From Pseudomonadota bacterium (GTDB lineage: Bacteria; Bdellovibrionota_B; Oligoflexia; Oligoflexales; CAIYRB01), in assembly GCA_031416315.1 (NCBI GenBank), contig JANOTL010000223.1, forward strand, positions 1-64,000: a stretch of 64,000 nt of DNA, in the 5' to 3' direction. Both the position numbers and the translations under genes were made by a program. This document shows, piece after piece, positions 44,967-56,570 of this stretch (positions within the stretch are counted from its first letter, which is position 1; each line of letters starts with the position of its first letter). The notes under the pieces were generated by a model. The model ran no database searches. It saw nothing but the letters and a program-made list of their open reading frames with translations, and was not told where the DNA came from.

Positions 44967-47075
44967 TTAAGCGGACGACTTTTCCTCGTGCCGCGGCCGA
45001 AGCCAGTCCTCAGTCGTCGCGATCCAGACCAGGCTGACGTCGTCGTCTTGCACTGCGGCGGGAGCGCGGCGCTCCGCGTTCTCCGAGCCCCAATCCATCC
45101 GGCAAAGCATCGGCGCCGCCGTCTCCGGCCTGAGCAGCGTCAGCTCGCGCAGACGCTTCTCGATGCGGCGCGAGTTGCGCGGAAACTTGACGCCGTCGGT
45201 GAAGAGCAGCAAGTGATCACGCACGCCGAGGACGGTCTCGCCGAGGGCGACGTCTATGGAAGGCGAGATGCCCAGGATGTTGTGACTCGACATCAGAAGC
45301 TCGAGGGCGCCCTTGCGCTCGGGCGTGTTGGCGCGCAGGACGATCGGCGGCGGATGGCCGGCGCAAAGGAAGGTGCACTTGCCGGAGTCTCGGTCGATGG
45401 TCAGGCCGGCGAGAGTCGTGGTGTGGCCGCCGCGGCCATGCTTGTAGAGCGTGGCGTTCAAGAGCTCGACGTAGTAGCGGATGAAGGTCTCGCTCTCGAA
45501 GTCGGCAGCGCGGTCCCGCTGGAGGATGCTCAGGACCGTCTTGCAGGTCGACACGACGATCGCGGCCTGCACGCCGTGGCCGGAGATGTCGCACATGATC
45601 ACGTGGAGGTAGCGCCCCGACGTCGAGGTCTCGAAGGCGTACCAGTCCCCGCTCGCGCCGTCCAAAGACTGATGGAAGGCGCCGATGTCGATCCCCTCGA
45701 GCTCAGGCGGGCGGTGCGGGCGAAACGCGCTGGCGATCTGTCCGGCTTGCTCGAGCTCCGTCGCAAGGCGCTCGTTCTCGGTCTTCAAGAGGCGCATGAA
45801 TAGGACGAGCTTCTCGCGCATGCCGCTTCTTTGCGCCGAGGCGAAGCCGCCGGCCGTCAGGAAGGCGAGCGTCGGCGTCGTGAGGTCGGTCAGCACGTCG
45901 AAATAGGCGAAGAGCGCGATGCTGGTCGTAACCCAAAGGACGGGGACGAGGGTGAGCGGCGCCCATGCCGGCCAACGCACGAAGCCGACCAGGAAAAGCC
46001 CGAGGAAGACGGCGGCGACGAGGATGCCGCGCGCGGCCGGTAAGGGCGCCACCCACTGGCGGCGCAGGATGCTGTTGGCGAGCGCCGCGACGACGAAAGG
46101 TCCCGGCATCGGGCCGAGCGGCGTGACGGTGAAGTCGGTGTTGCCCGTGTACATCGCGGGGAGGATGAGGACCCAGTCGCCGGGTTCGACCTGAGTCATG
46201 GGCGCGCCCGTGGCTGCGGCCTCGATCAGCGGCAGGAGGCGCTTGGCGCCCTTGTAGAGCGTCAAGGGATGCGGAAAGTCGACGATCATGCGCCCGCGCT
46301 CGTCGAGCGGCACGATTTGCTCGGAGTCGACGGCGAGCTGGCGCGCGTGCACCTTCAGCTCGCGCGCGCCCATCAGCGCCATGTGCGGGAGAACGACGCC
46401 CGGTGCGAGGTCGAGGAGCGCCTGCGCTTTGCCGAAGCCGGCGTTCAGGGAGTGGCCGGGCGTGCGGAAGGCTCGAGCCAAGCGCTTGTCGGGTCCGTAG
46501 GGCTTTTGCATCCGGTAGTTGGCCGCGGGGACGAAACCGTCTTTCATCATCGGCTCGACGCCAGGCGCCACGAAATAGGTCGACAGGTGGTACGAGGCGC
46601 CGCTCGTGTCGAGCGGCTCCCTAAACTTGATCTCGCTCGGCGAGACGAAGGCAGTGGTGACGATCTTTTGGTCGAGCGCGGCGAGCTTCGCAATCGCGGC
46701 CTCTTCCTCAGGCGTCGCCTTCGGCGCGAGCGAGAAGAGCTTATCGATGAGGATGACTTGTGGCTTGCGGAGAGAGAGCCCGTCCAGGAGCCCAGCCCAG
46801 GTGGCGAGCGGCAGATCTGGCGAGCCGATTTTCGAGACGGTGGTGTCGTCGTAGGAAAAGAGCTTGAGCTTCGGGCTTAACGGCGGCGAGCGCCCCAGGG
46901 CTTCGCGCGCTTTGAAGTAGACGGTGAGCGAGAACTTCGTCTCCACCTCGTCGTGCGCATCGGTCGCGTGGTAGCCGATGAAGAGCGTCGTGATCAGCAG
47001 AAACGCCACGGCCATCGCGAGGTAAGAGACCCTCGCGTGCGGTGTTGCGATGCCGATCGATTTCATCACGCCCAT
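44967..47075 (-). CDS. CHASE2-domain SpoIIE/PP2C phosphatase
   Basis: TM + CHASE2-like + 3 TM; SGDWY, CDISGHGVQAA, AGHPPP, FTDG, DDVS. Confidence 0.85.
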   Translation of the reverse strand: MGVMKSIGIATPHARVSYLAMAVAFLLITTLFIGYHATDAHDEVETKFSLTVYFKAREALGRSPPLSPKLKLFSYDDTTVSKIGSPDLPLATWAGLLDGLSLRKPQVILIDKLFSLAPKATPEEEAAIAKLAALDQKIVTTAFVSPSEIKFREPLDTSGASYHLSTYFVAPGVEPMMKDGFVPAANYRMQKPYGPDKRLARAFRTPGHSLNAGFGKAQALLDLAPGVVLPHMALMGARELKVHARQLAVDSEQIVPLDERGRMIVDFPHPLTLYKGAKRLLPLIEAAATGAPMTQVEPGDWVLILPAMYTGNTDFTVTPLGPMPGPFVVAALANSILRRQWVAPLPAARGILVAAVFLGLFLVGFVRWPAWAPLTLVPVLWVTTSIALFAYFDVLTDLTTPTLAFLTAGGFASAQRSGMREKLVLFMRLLKTENERLATELEQAGQIASAFRPHRPPELEGIDIGAFHQSLDGASGDWYAFETSTSGRYLHVIMCDISGHGVQAAIVVSTCKTVLSILQRDRAADFESETFIRYYVELLNATLYKHGRGGHTTTLAGLTIDRDSGKCTFLCAGHPPPIVLRANTPERKGALELLMSSHNILGISPSIDVALGETVLGVRDHLLLFTDGVKFPRNSRRIEKRLRELTLLRPETAAPMLCRMDWGSENAERRAPAAVQDDDVSLVWIATTEDWLRPRHEEKSSA

Positions 47076-47091
47076 ATAGGACGTGATCGGC

Positions 47092-47946
47092 TCAGGCGAC
47101 GATAGGCTGGAACGAGACCTTGCTCTCGTCGTCGACGAGGAAGAAATGGTTCGCCGGGATCTTCTTCCAGTCCTCGCGCAATCCGGTCAGTTTTTCCGAA
47201 ACGACCAAGACGGCATGCTCTTTGGCATCGGCCGGCACCATCCGGCAAATGCCGTCCTCGCACTCGTAACGGCTGCCTTCGCTCACGTAGAGGGAGAGGG
47301 GCTCTTCCTCGGTCGTGACGAAGCGGGTGCCGATCATGTACTTGCCGTCGGTGACGACCATGTTGAGGTAGGTGCCGTCTTTGACGCCTTGCGCCTTCTT
47401 CAGGGCCTCGACCTCGGTGATCGTCTGCTGCATCGCGGAGACCATCGCCTGGATGCCGTAGAGACCGTTGTGCTTCAGCATCTTGTCGATGAAGAGCGCG
47501 AAGAAGTGCTCGGAGTCGGTGCCGCCGCGAAGCCACGCGTAGACCTCGTCGGAGAGGCCGCGGCGCATCTCGCGCTTGATCTGGTCGAAGCCCTCGATCG
47601 AGCCGTTGTGCATCATCAGAAAGCGGTCGTAGAAGAACGGGTGGCAGTTGGCCTCGGACGTCTCGCCGAAGCTGGCCGCGCGCACGTGCGCGAAGATCAC
47701 CGGCGCCTCGATCTTCGGCGCCATGGTGCGGAGGTTCCGGTTCGACCAAGCCGGGTGGACCGAGACGAAGACCGCCGGCGTGGTCGAGAGCTGCGGCTGG
47801 TACCAGCCGATGCCGAAGCCGTCGCCGTTCAGGGGCTCCTCCAGCTCCTTGGCGTCGTAGCTCTGGTGGATCAGCGAATTCTTGGGCTGATAAAGGAGCT
47901 TGTCCAGGATGATCGGCGCGCCCTTGTAGGCTAAGAGCCGGCACAT
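47092..47946 (-). CDS. Class II glutamine amidotransferase (EgtC/YafJ/Dug3-like)
   Basis: N-terminal MCR, NGDGFGIGWY, AHVRAA, NCHPF, MHNG, G.TDSE. Confidence 0.9.
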   Translation of the reverse strand: MCRLLAYKGAPIILDKLLYQPKNSLIHQSYDAKELEEPLNGDGFGIGWYQPQLSTTPAVFVSVHPAWSNRNLRTMAPKIEAPVIFAHVRAASFGETSEANCHPFFYDRFLMMHNGSIEGFDQIKREMRRGLSDEVYAWLRGGTDSEHFFALFIDKMLKHNGLYGIQAMVSAMQQTITEVEALKKAQGVKDGTYLNMVVTDGKYMIGTRFVTTEEEPLSLYVSEGSRYECEDGICRMVPADAKEHAVLVVSEKLTGLREDWKKIPANHFFLVDDESKVSFQPIVA

Positions 47947-48002
47947 GGTGTTGTCTCCTTACGACATATACGCCGATTCTATCATGGAATAGAATCGCTT
48001 CC

Positions 48003-48704
48003 ATGCCGAGCCGCGACAAATACTCCATCCACCGGCAGCCCGACGACGTGACTTGCGGGCCGACGTGCCTGCACTCGCTCTACGCGTATTACGCCGACGG
48101 GATCACGCTGGACGAGGTCATCGGGCAGGTGCCGATGCTGGAGGGTGGCGGCACGCTCGCCTGCGTCTTGGGGAGCCACGCCCTCCGACGCGGCTACAAG
48201 GTGTGGATCTATACGTTCAATCTCACCGTCTTCGACCCGACCTGGTTCTCGCTCCCGCGCGAGGCGCTGGCCGAGAAGCTCCGCCTCCAGATGAAAGAGA
48301 AGAAAAAGCCGAGGCTCCACGTCGCCTCGCAAGCCTACATCGACTTTCTGAACCTGGGCGGAGAGATCAAGTGCCACGACCTCTCGGAGGGCCTCCTCAG
48401 CGAGTATCTCCTGCAAGGCATTCCGATCCTCACCGGCCTGAGCGCCACTTATCTTTACAAGTCGATGCGCGAGTACGGCGACTATCCTATCTCCGACGAC
48501 CTCAAGGGCGAGCCGCAAGGCCATTTCGTCGTCATCACCAGCTACGATCCCGAAGAGCACGCCGTCACCATCGCCGATCCCTATCATCCCGAGTCGATGG
48601 TCAAAGGCCGCACGTACAAGGTGTCGATGGAGCATCTCGTCTGCTCCATCCTCCTCGGCGTCATGACCTACGACGGCAACCTGCTCATCGTGACCAAATC
48701 GTGA
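48003..48704 (+). CDS. C39-like papain-fold peptidase
   Basis: Q....TCGPTCL, GHFVV, IADP catalytic pattern. Confidence 0.8.
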   Translation: MPSRDKYSIHRQPDDVTCGPTCLHSLYAYYADGITLDEVIGQVPMLEGGGTLACVLGSHALRRGYKVWIYTFNLTVFDPTWFSLPREALAEKLRLQMKEKKKPRLHVASQAYIDFLNLGGEIKCHDLSEGLLSEYLLQGIPILTGLSATYLYKSMREYGDYPISDDLKGEPQGHFVVITSYDPEEHAVTIADPYHPESMVKGRTYKVSMEHLVCSILLGVMTYDGNLLIVTKS

Positions 48705-48726
48705 GCCCAAAGACAAAGGCATCCTG

Positions 48727-50195
<1,469 letters not shown>

Positions 50196-50199
<4 letters not shown>

Positions 50200-51458
50200 G
50201 TCGTACCGAGCACCTTCATCTCTGGGCAGGGTACGGCATCGAGATGGAGTACATGATCGTCGACCGAAAGACCCTGGCGGTGCGCCCGATCTCCGACGAG
50301 CTTTTGACCGCGGCCGCCGGCAAGCTCGAGAACGAGGTCGAGTTCGGCGACATGGCCTGGTCCAACGAGCTCGTGATGCACGTCATCGAGGTGAAGACCA
50401 ACGGCCCCTCCGACGAGGTGACGCGCTACGGCGAGAAGTTCATGGTCGAGGTGCGAAGGATCAACGCCTTGCTCGAGAAAAAGGGCGCGATGCTGATGCC
50501 GACGGCGATGCACCCTTTCTTCGAGCCGGACGAGGAAACGAAGCTCTGGCCGCACGACAGCCGAGACATCTACGACCGCTACAACGAGATCTTCGATTGC
50601 CGCGGGCACGGCTGGTCGAACCTGCAGTCGGTGCATATCAACTTCCCGTTCTTCGATCACGGCGCGGGGGGCGAGTTCGGGAGGCTGCACGCCGCGATCC
50701 GCATGGTTTTGCCGCTCCTGCCGGCCTTGGCCGCCTCGTCCCCGATCTACGGCGGACGCGCCAACGGCCTGAAGGACAACCGGCTCGAGTTTTACCGTAT
50801 GAACCAGCAGCGCCTGCCGGCGTTGACGGGCGGCGTCATCCCAGAGCGGGCGTTCACACGCGAAGAGTATGCGGCAGAAGTCTTCAAGAAGGTGATGGCC
50901 GAGGTCCTTCCTTACAACGAGGACGGTTTACTGGAGGAGGAGTGGCTCAACTCGCGCGGCGCGATCGCGCGCTTCGACCGCAACGCGATCGAGATCCGCG
51001 TGCTCGACATCCAAGAGACGCCGAAAGCCGATCAAGCCGTGATCACCGCCGTGATCGGCTTCGTCCAGGCTTTGGCGGCCGGTGAGTTTCTGGCGCCCGA
51101 TAGGCAGCGCGAGTGGGAGCAAGAGCCGTTGCGCCGCATTTTCGAGGCCTGTGTGAAGGGCGGAAGCGAGACGGAGATCGAGGATCGCGCCTATCTGGAT
51201 GCCCTGCATTATCCAGGAAAGTCTCCGGCACGGGCGCGAGACGTCTGGAAGCACGTGATCGAGCGCAGCGCGCGGCGGGACGTGGTGGCGCCGTGGTTCA
51301 AGGCGGTGGAGGCGGAGCTCGGCGTCTATCTCAGCCAGGGAACACTCGCGGAGCGCATCGTTTCCGCGGCCGGCTCGACGACGAAGCGGGAAGACGTCGT
51401 GGACATCTACCGCGAGCTTTGTCTCTGCCTCGCCGAAGGCCGGATGTTTCGGGCGTGA
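50196..51458 (+). CDS. Glutamate-cysteine ligase family 2 (GCS2) carboxylate-amine ligase
   Basis: YGIEMEYMIVD, NELV.HVIE.KT, HGWSNLQSVHIN, ASSP, NSRGAIARFDR.AIEIRVLD. Confidence 0.88.
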
Positions 51459-52174
51459 AGCCGGGAGCGCTCGTCGTAAGTTGTGAGCATGGCGGAAACC
51501 AAGTGCCGCGCGAGTATGCGCGGTTTTTTCGGGGCGCGGCGGCGCGGCAGGCTTTGGCGAGTCATCGGGGCTGGGATCCGGGGGCGCTGGCGGCGGCGCG
51601 GGCTTTGGCGCGGGCGTTGGGGCGGGAGATCGAGGTGAGCGCGTTGGTGACGGCGGAGGTCACGCGCTTGCTCTGCGACTTGAATCGCTCCGAGGGGCGC
51701 AGGGAGGCGTTCTCCGAGTTCTCACGGGTGATCGTGGGGGCTGAGCGCGAGGAGTTGCTGGCGCGCTTTCATCGGCCGTATCGAGACGAGCTGCGGGCGG
51801 CCCTGCGCGCGGCGATCGCGAAGAAGGGGAGGGTGCTTCACCTTTCGTCCCATTCTTTCACGCCGAAGCTCGACGGCGTGGCGCGCGAGGCGGAGATCGG
51901 GGTTTTGTACGATCCGCGGCGGAAGTGGGAAGCCGAGGTCGCGGCCGAGCTCGCGGCAGGCATTCGAGCGGCGGTCCGCGCGCGGGGCTTGGCGTGGCGG
52001 GTGCGGCGGAATTATCCGTACAAAGGGTGGACGGATGGCTTGACGACGCAGATGCGCAAGGAGTTCGCGGGGGGGAGGTACGCCGGGGTGGAGGTGGAAG
52101 TGAGGCAAGGAATGGAAGTTGGCGAGGTCGTCGGGGTCGTGGGGGATGGGATTCGGAGGGTTTTTGGGGGTTAG
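51455..52174 (+). CDS. N-formylglutamate amidohydrolase family protein
   Basis: SCEHGGN.VP, HRGWDPGA, RLLCDLNRS, HSFTP, RRNYPY.G, EVEV.Q. Confidence 0.85.
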   Translation: MKPGALVVSCEHGGNQVPREYARFFRGAAARQALASHRGWDPGALAAARALARALGREIEVSALVTAEVTRLLCDLNRSEGRREAFSEFSRVIVGAEREELLARFHRPYRDELRAALRAAIAKKGRVLHLSSHSFTPKLDGVAREAEIGVLYDPRRKWEAEVAAELAAGIRAAVRARGLAWRVRRNYPYKGWTDGLTTQMRKEFAGGRYAGVEVEVRQGMEVGEVVGVVGDGIRRVFGG

Positions 52175-52665
52175 AACCGCCAGCCTAAGCTCATCCGCAA
52201 CGCGATCGGCAAAAACCCGTACCCGAGCCAGGTTGCGCTCAACCAGTCGACGCCAAGCGTAAAGCCGCTTCGCCAGGCCCACTCGTTTCCGAGGCCGAAA
52301 GTCGCCCCGAAGTTGAGCGTCTCTCCGATGTTGCCGCCGCCAGCGTGCACGTTGAAACTGTTGCCGAAGAACTGGCGGACGCGCGCGAATTTGTATTGAT
52401 AGCCGAAGATGACCAACAACTCGAAGCCAGCCGCCAGCTCGACCCGCGTGTCGGGCAGTAAGGCGTAACCGACGCCGACGCCGGCACCGAGCGGGACGAC
52501 GTGCAGGAACGCGCTGACGTCGTTTCCGTCGCGGCGGATGGCGGCGCTCGTATCCGCGCTCTCGGCCTTCTTGGCGGCCGTCTTCCGGGGTTTTTCTTTT
52601 GCCGTCGCCGTGCCGGCGGCGCCCGTTAACGCTAGAAGAATGAGCAGCCGAAACATCAGGAGCAT
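52171..52665 (-). CDS. Hypothetical outer-membrane protein
   Basis: Signal peptide, GNEW.W.SGFTLGVDW, C-terminal GWRF. Confidence 0.6.
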   Translation of the reverse strand: MLLMFRLLILLALTGAAGTATAKEKPRKTAAKKAESADTSAAIRRDGNDVSAFLHVVPLGAGVGVGYALLPDTRVELAAGFELLVIFGYQYKFARVRQFFGNSFNVHAGGGNIGETLNFGATFGLGNEWAWRSGFTLGVDWLSATWLGYGFLPIALRMSLGWRF

Positions 52666-52707
52666 GGAACCGTCCGTGGAGATTTGGCGTGCGGGCCTTC
52701 GCAATCC

Positions 52708-53271
52708 TTAGCGGTTCACGCTCCGCCGCCCGATCCTCGCCTCGATCGCATCATCCAGCCGCGCCCGCAACATCCGATACTCCGCTTCCAAATTCTGAAA
52801 GTTCGGCGCCACGATTGAAGCGAACGACGGCCCCTGATAATCGGCATGCAAATACTTGAAGCCCGTCTTCGACGTCCCCGTATTCGCGAACACCATCCAC
52901 TTCACGCCCTTGTGCCGGAAAATGTCCGGAGTGCACGAGTCCTCGCCCGGGCGCATCACGCGCAGGAGCACCGTCGGCTCCATCTGCCCCTTGAGCCGCG
53001 ACAAGACTTTCAGCCCCGCGCAGTACCCCAAGCTGCAAGGCTTGGTCGGCACCACCACCTCGCCGAAAAACACGACGTCGTGATCTTTAAGGCTTTCAAG
53101 CGGTGAGCGCGGGAGCGCGGGATAAGGCTCTTGCAGCGTCTCGGGCTCGTCGGGCGCCTGCTTGCACGCGAAGGACAAGGCGCCGTCCGATCCGAGCGGG
53201 ATGGCGCAGACGACGACGAGGCCCAGGAGCCAGACCGGTCGGGGGATGCGGTGATAGAGGTGACGAAGCAT
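52708..53271 (-). CDS. Secreted hypothetical protein (possible TIMP/NTR-like OB fold)
   Basis: Signal peptide then AC; DVVFFGEVV, KV...KG, C...F...G.KW.VFA. Confidence 0.55.
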   Translation of the reverse strand: MLRHLYHRIPRPVWLLGLVVVCAIPLGSDGALSFACKQAPDEPETLQEPYPALPRSPLESLKDHDVVFFGEVVVPTKPCSLGYCAGLKVLSRLKGQMEPTVLLRVMRPGEDSCTPDIFRHKGVKWMVFANTGTSKTGFKYLHADYQGPSFASIVAPNFQNLEAEYRMLRARLDDAIEARIGRRSVNR

Positions 53272-53321
53272 GCTCTGATTTTAGCATCGCCTCGCCCGGT
53301 CGCGCCTCCGGCAGAACTTGC

Positions 53322-54050
53322 CTACCAGGGCAGCTCTTTGCCCTGGAAATCGAGAAAACGGCCGGAATCCGCGCGCGTAAGCCCTAGGATCACGTTCGCC
53401 AGGCCGAGGACCGAGTCGTCGACCGAGGTCGGCGCGCTCTTGCCGCCCATCTCGGTCTGCACCCAGCCAGGATGCAGGACGACGCAGGTGAGCTTTTTGC
53501 GGTCGAGAGAGAGCGTCTTGTTGAACATGTTAACGGCGGCCTTCGAGATGCGGTAGGCGTAGCTCCCGCCCGTGGTGTTGTCCTCGATCGAGCCCATCTT
53601 GCTCGAAAGCGTCGCGACCACCGGCTCAGGCGCGAGCTCGAGGTTGTCGAGAAAGGCCTGCGTCACGCGGATCGGGCCTAGCGCGTTGACGGTGAAGGCC
53701 TTCAAGATGCCGCCTTCGGTGAGGTCGCCCAAGGTCTCTTCGCGCTCCGGAAAAACTCCGGCGTTATTCACGAGAAGGTCGACCTTCTCGCCGGAAAGCG
53801 CCAGACGCGCGTCGCGGAGGTCGTCTTCGCGCGTCACGTCGAGGTTCAGGATGCGGACCCTGCCGGGATAGCCGTGCTCGTGCTCCCACAGGTCGCGGCA
53901 ACCTTCGGCGTTCCGCGCCGTGGCGATGACGTTGTAGCGCTTGCGGATGAGCTCTTGCACGAGTGCCAGGCCGATGCCGCGGCTCGCGCCGGTGATCAGC
54001 GCCGTCGGATAGTCGGGGAACTGCGGGAACGAGGTCTTTTGCGGGCTCAT
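53322..54050 (-). CDS. Short-chain dehydrogenase/reductase, CsgA (C-factor)-like
   Basis: TGASRGIG, NNAG, SSKMGSI, YRISKAA, HPGWVQT.MGG. Confidence 0.9.
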   Translation of the reverse strand: MSPQKTSFPQFPDYPTALITGASRGIGLALVQELIRKRYNVIATARNAEGCRDLWEHEHGYPGRVRILNLDVTREDDLRDARLALSGEKVDLLVNNAGVFPEREETLGDLTEGGILKAFTVNALGPIRVTQAFLDNLELAPEPVVATLSSKMGSIEDNTTGGSYAYRISKAAVNMFNKTLSLDRKKLTCVVLHPGWVQTEMGGKSAPTSVDDSVLGLANVILGLTRADSGRFLDFQGKELPW

Positions 54051-54277
54051 GCTGCTCACTCCGTGAGTTGCGTGGCGAAGGTGGCGGCGTCCTTCGCCGG
54101 CAGCTTGCAGGTGGCTCATGCTGTGGTTCTAGAACGGGCGCGCGGCGGAGGGAAGAGGCGTCGGAGCTGTTCAGAGATTAGACTACTGCGCGGCTTTTTC
54201 GGGCCGCCCGGGCGCCGCCGACCGCATTTTGCATCGTTTTGAACCGCTTCATCGAGACACGTCGCGTACATACGACC

Positions 54278-54293
54278 TGGCACGCGAGCTGCA
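54278..54293 (+). promoter_or_regulatory. Sigma54 promoter TGGCACGCGAGCTGCA
   Basis: GG(-24) and GC(-12) at canonical spacing with no plus-strand gene downstream. Confidence 0.7.
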
Positions 54294-54303
54294 CAAGGGC
54301 AAG

Positions 54304-54480
54304 CGTCCCGACGATCAAGCATCGGACGGACAAGGCTACATCAGATCTGTCGGTTGGACCCGTTGCCTGCTGTGCTCCCTGCTGATTCCCGCTCCCACTC
54401 CCCCGTCCCACTCCCGACAAAGCCCCTACCGGCCGACAGGTCAAAAACGAAGAAGAGAAGGCCCCAAGCGGGCCTTCTCG
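54304..54480 (+). ncRNA. Putative sigma54-dependent sRNA, copy B
   Basis: 5' hairpin 54304-54328; 14-bp stem 54344-54357/54429-54442 with G-U pairs enclosing a C-rich loop; terminal hairpin 54455-54479. Confidence 0.6.
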
Positions 54481-54506
54481 ACGTTCGTGAGGTTCTGCCA
54501 GAGGGT

Positions 54507-56462
54507 TCAGGCGTGAGCGGCGACGCGCCTCAGGACGGCGATCGCCGCGTCGAGGGTCGCGGCATCGGTGGCCTCGGGCCAGGCGCCGAAAACGATGAGA
54601 CGTTTGGCGTTTTTCCCGTCGAAAGCGCCGGCCATCAACCGGGCGCCCGGGCTTTGCCAAGCGGCCAACGGTTTGAAGTCGACGGCGCGAGCGGCGTCGT
54701 AGGCGGCTTGCCATCCGTCGGCGTAGCGCGAAAGGCCCGCGACTAGGCCTTGCGTGACGTAGCCGTACAGATTCTGCTCTTCGAGCAGCGGCGGCGTAGC
54801 GCCGTCGGCTTTCCAGACGCAGATGGGCTTTGCCTGCTTGCCGTCCTGGACGAGGATCAAAGCCTTCGTCAGGCCGGCGGCGGCGAGCGCCGGGGCGGCA
54901 CGGCGGAGGGCGCTCGAGAGGTCTTTGGCCATCGTCAGGCCGACGAGCGCGCGATTCAAAGCGGCGACGCGCGCCGCGGCGGCGGTGGTGAAGTCTTCGG
55001 CTTCGGACTGCAGCTCGTCGGGCTCCGGCTCCAGAGCAACGCCGGCGGCTCTGCGCGGCGCGGGCTGCGGCGTCGCGAGGAGGTCGGCCTCCTCGTCAGG
55101 AGATAGATCGTCAAAACCCGGAAACTCGCCGTCGAGTTCGAGCGCGTCTTCGTTTTCGTCCGTGGCCGGAGCCGGGAGCGAGTTGCCGCCGTCTTCGAGC
55201 GCGAGCTCGCCTTCGAGGTCGAACGCGCCCAGCGGGTCTTTTTCGGCCGCGGGAGGCGGCAGGTCGAGCGGGGCGTCGGCCTCCATCGACAGCTCGCCGA
55301 GGGGTTCGTCGAGAAAGCCGTCAGGCGCCGGGGGGAGGCCGTCGTCGTCCATCGCCAGGTCGGCCGCCGGCGCGCGCGGACCGTCCTCCGTCATTTCGAG
55401 CTCGTCGAGAAGGTCGGGCTCCGCCGGCGCGGCGTCCTCCGCCAGATCGAGCTCAGCGAGCAGGTCGGCATCATCGAGCGCTGACGGGGTGCGGGCGGCC
55501 GGCTTCGCCGCATTCTCGGCCTCGTCGAGCGCTTCGAAGAGGTCGGGCTCCGGCGGTGCGGCACTTTCGGCGACGTCGAGCTCGCCGAGCAGGTCGTCCT
55601 CATCGAGGAAGGCACCGGCCGAGTCTGGATCTTTCGTGGGTGCCTCGCTTATGTCGAGCTCGTCGCCGATCGAGTCGTCGTCGAGCAAGTCGTCACCGTC
55701 TTTTTCGTCGCTCTCGGCCGTCTTCGCGGTCGCCACTGGCGCAGCGTCGTCGTCCAGCCCAAGGCCGGCGAGGGGATCGGCGTCCGCGTCGCTCATGCCG
55801 AGATCGGCGAGGGGATCGCCGCCGCCTTCGAGGTCGAGATCGGCGAGAGGATCGCTTGCGGACGCATCCTCGGGGCCGAAGTCGAGCTGGTCGTCGAGCC
55901 CCAGGTCGGCGAGCGGATCCGGAGCTCTGGCGGCGACCGGCGCCGGCTTCGCCGCGGCTTTCGCCGGCGGCGGTGGCTCAGTCTCAAAGCCGAGCTCGTC
56001 GCCCGTATCCTCGACGCCGTCGCTGAAGTCGATCGTGGCGAGGTCGTCGTCCCCGTCGGCCTCGGCCGCGGGCGAGATGGCGCCGAAACCTTCGCTGAGG
56101 TCGAGGTCGTCGCCCGAGGCGAGATCGCCTTCGGCGTCGGGCGAGGCGCCAAGATCCTCGAACGGCGCCGTCGTCTTCTTCTTCGCCTGCGCCTTCGGTG
56201 CCGCGAACGGATCGTCGAGGTCGCCTAAGCCGTCGGGGCCTTCCAGCTCGTCGAGCCCCTCAAGACCGAGGAGCTCGTCGTCCGCGCCGCCCGCCGTGAC
56301 GCCTGCGGCGCCTTCGATGTCGTCCATGTCGCTCATGCCCGCTGGATCGGGCTGCGTGACGGCGCCCGAGAGGCCGGTGAGGCCGGAGTCCTCGGCGGCG
56401 TCCAGCGTGTCGACCGTGGGACCGGCGTCTTCGCCATCGGTTTGCGTCAGCTCGCCGAACAA
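54507..56462 (-). CDS. Very acidic low-complexity protein; probably the C-terminal part of the 57224 ORF
   Basis: D/E/L/A/P-rich repeats (DPLADL); same frame as upstream ORF across a single TAG. Confidence 0.6.
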   Translation of the reverse strand: MFGELTQTDGEDAGPTVDTLDAAEDSGLTGLSGAVTQPDPAGMSDMDDIEGAAGVTAGGADDELLGLEGLDELEGPDGLGDLDDPFAAPKAQAKKKTTAPFEDLGASPDAEGDLASGDDLDLSEGFGAISPAAEADGDDDLATIDFSDGVEDTGDELGFETEPPPPAKAAAKPAPVAARAPDPLADLGLDDQLDFGPEDASASDPLADLDLEGGGDPLADLGMSDADADPLAGLGLDDDAAPVATAKTAESDEKDGDDLLDDDSIGDELDISEAPTKDPDSAGAFLDEDDLLGELDVAESAAPPEPDLFEALDEAENAAKPAARTPSALDDADLLAELDLAEDAAPAEPDLLDELEMTEDGPRAPAADLAMDDDGLPPAPDGFLDEPLGELSMEADAPLDLPPPAAEKDPLGAFDLEGELALEDGGNSLPAPATDENEDALELDGEFPGFDDLSPDEEADLLATPQPAPRRAAGVALEPEPDELQSEAEDFTTAAAARVAALNRALVGLTMAKDLSSALRRAAPALAAAGLTKALILVQDGKQAKPICVWKADGATPPLLEEQNLYGYVTQGLVAGLSRYADGWQAAYDAARAVDFKPLAAWQSPGARLMAGAFDGKNAKRLIVFGAWPEATDAATLDAAIAVLRRVAAHA

Positions 56463-56570
56463 GTCGTCGGCGTCGAGGTCTTCGCTGATCGCGAGCGGAT
56501 CGCCGTCCCCGTCGGGCGCGCTGAAACCTAGCTTTTGGCTTTCCTCGGCCGCCTCGACCGAGTCCGGGTA

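Noticed and set aside
47092..47946. Ergothioneine operon (egtC with egtA-like ligase)
   Set aside because: No egtB or egtD present; the neighbours fit the RimK/C39 cluster instead
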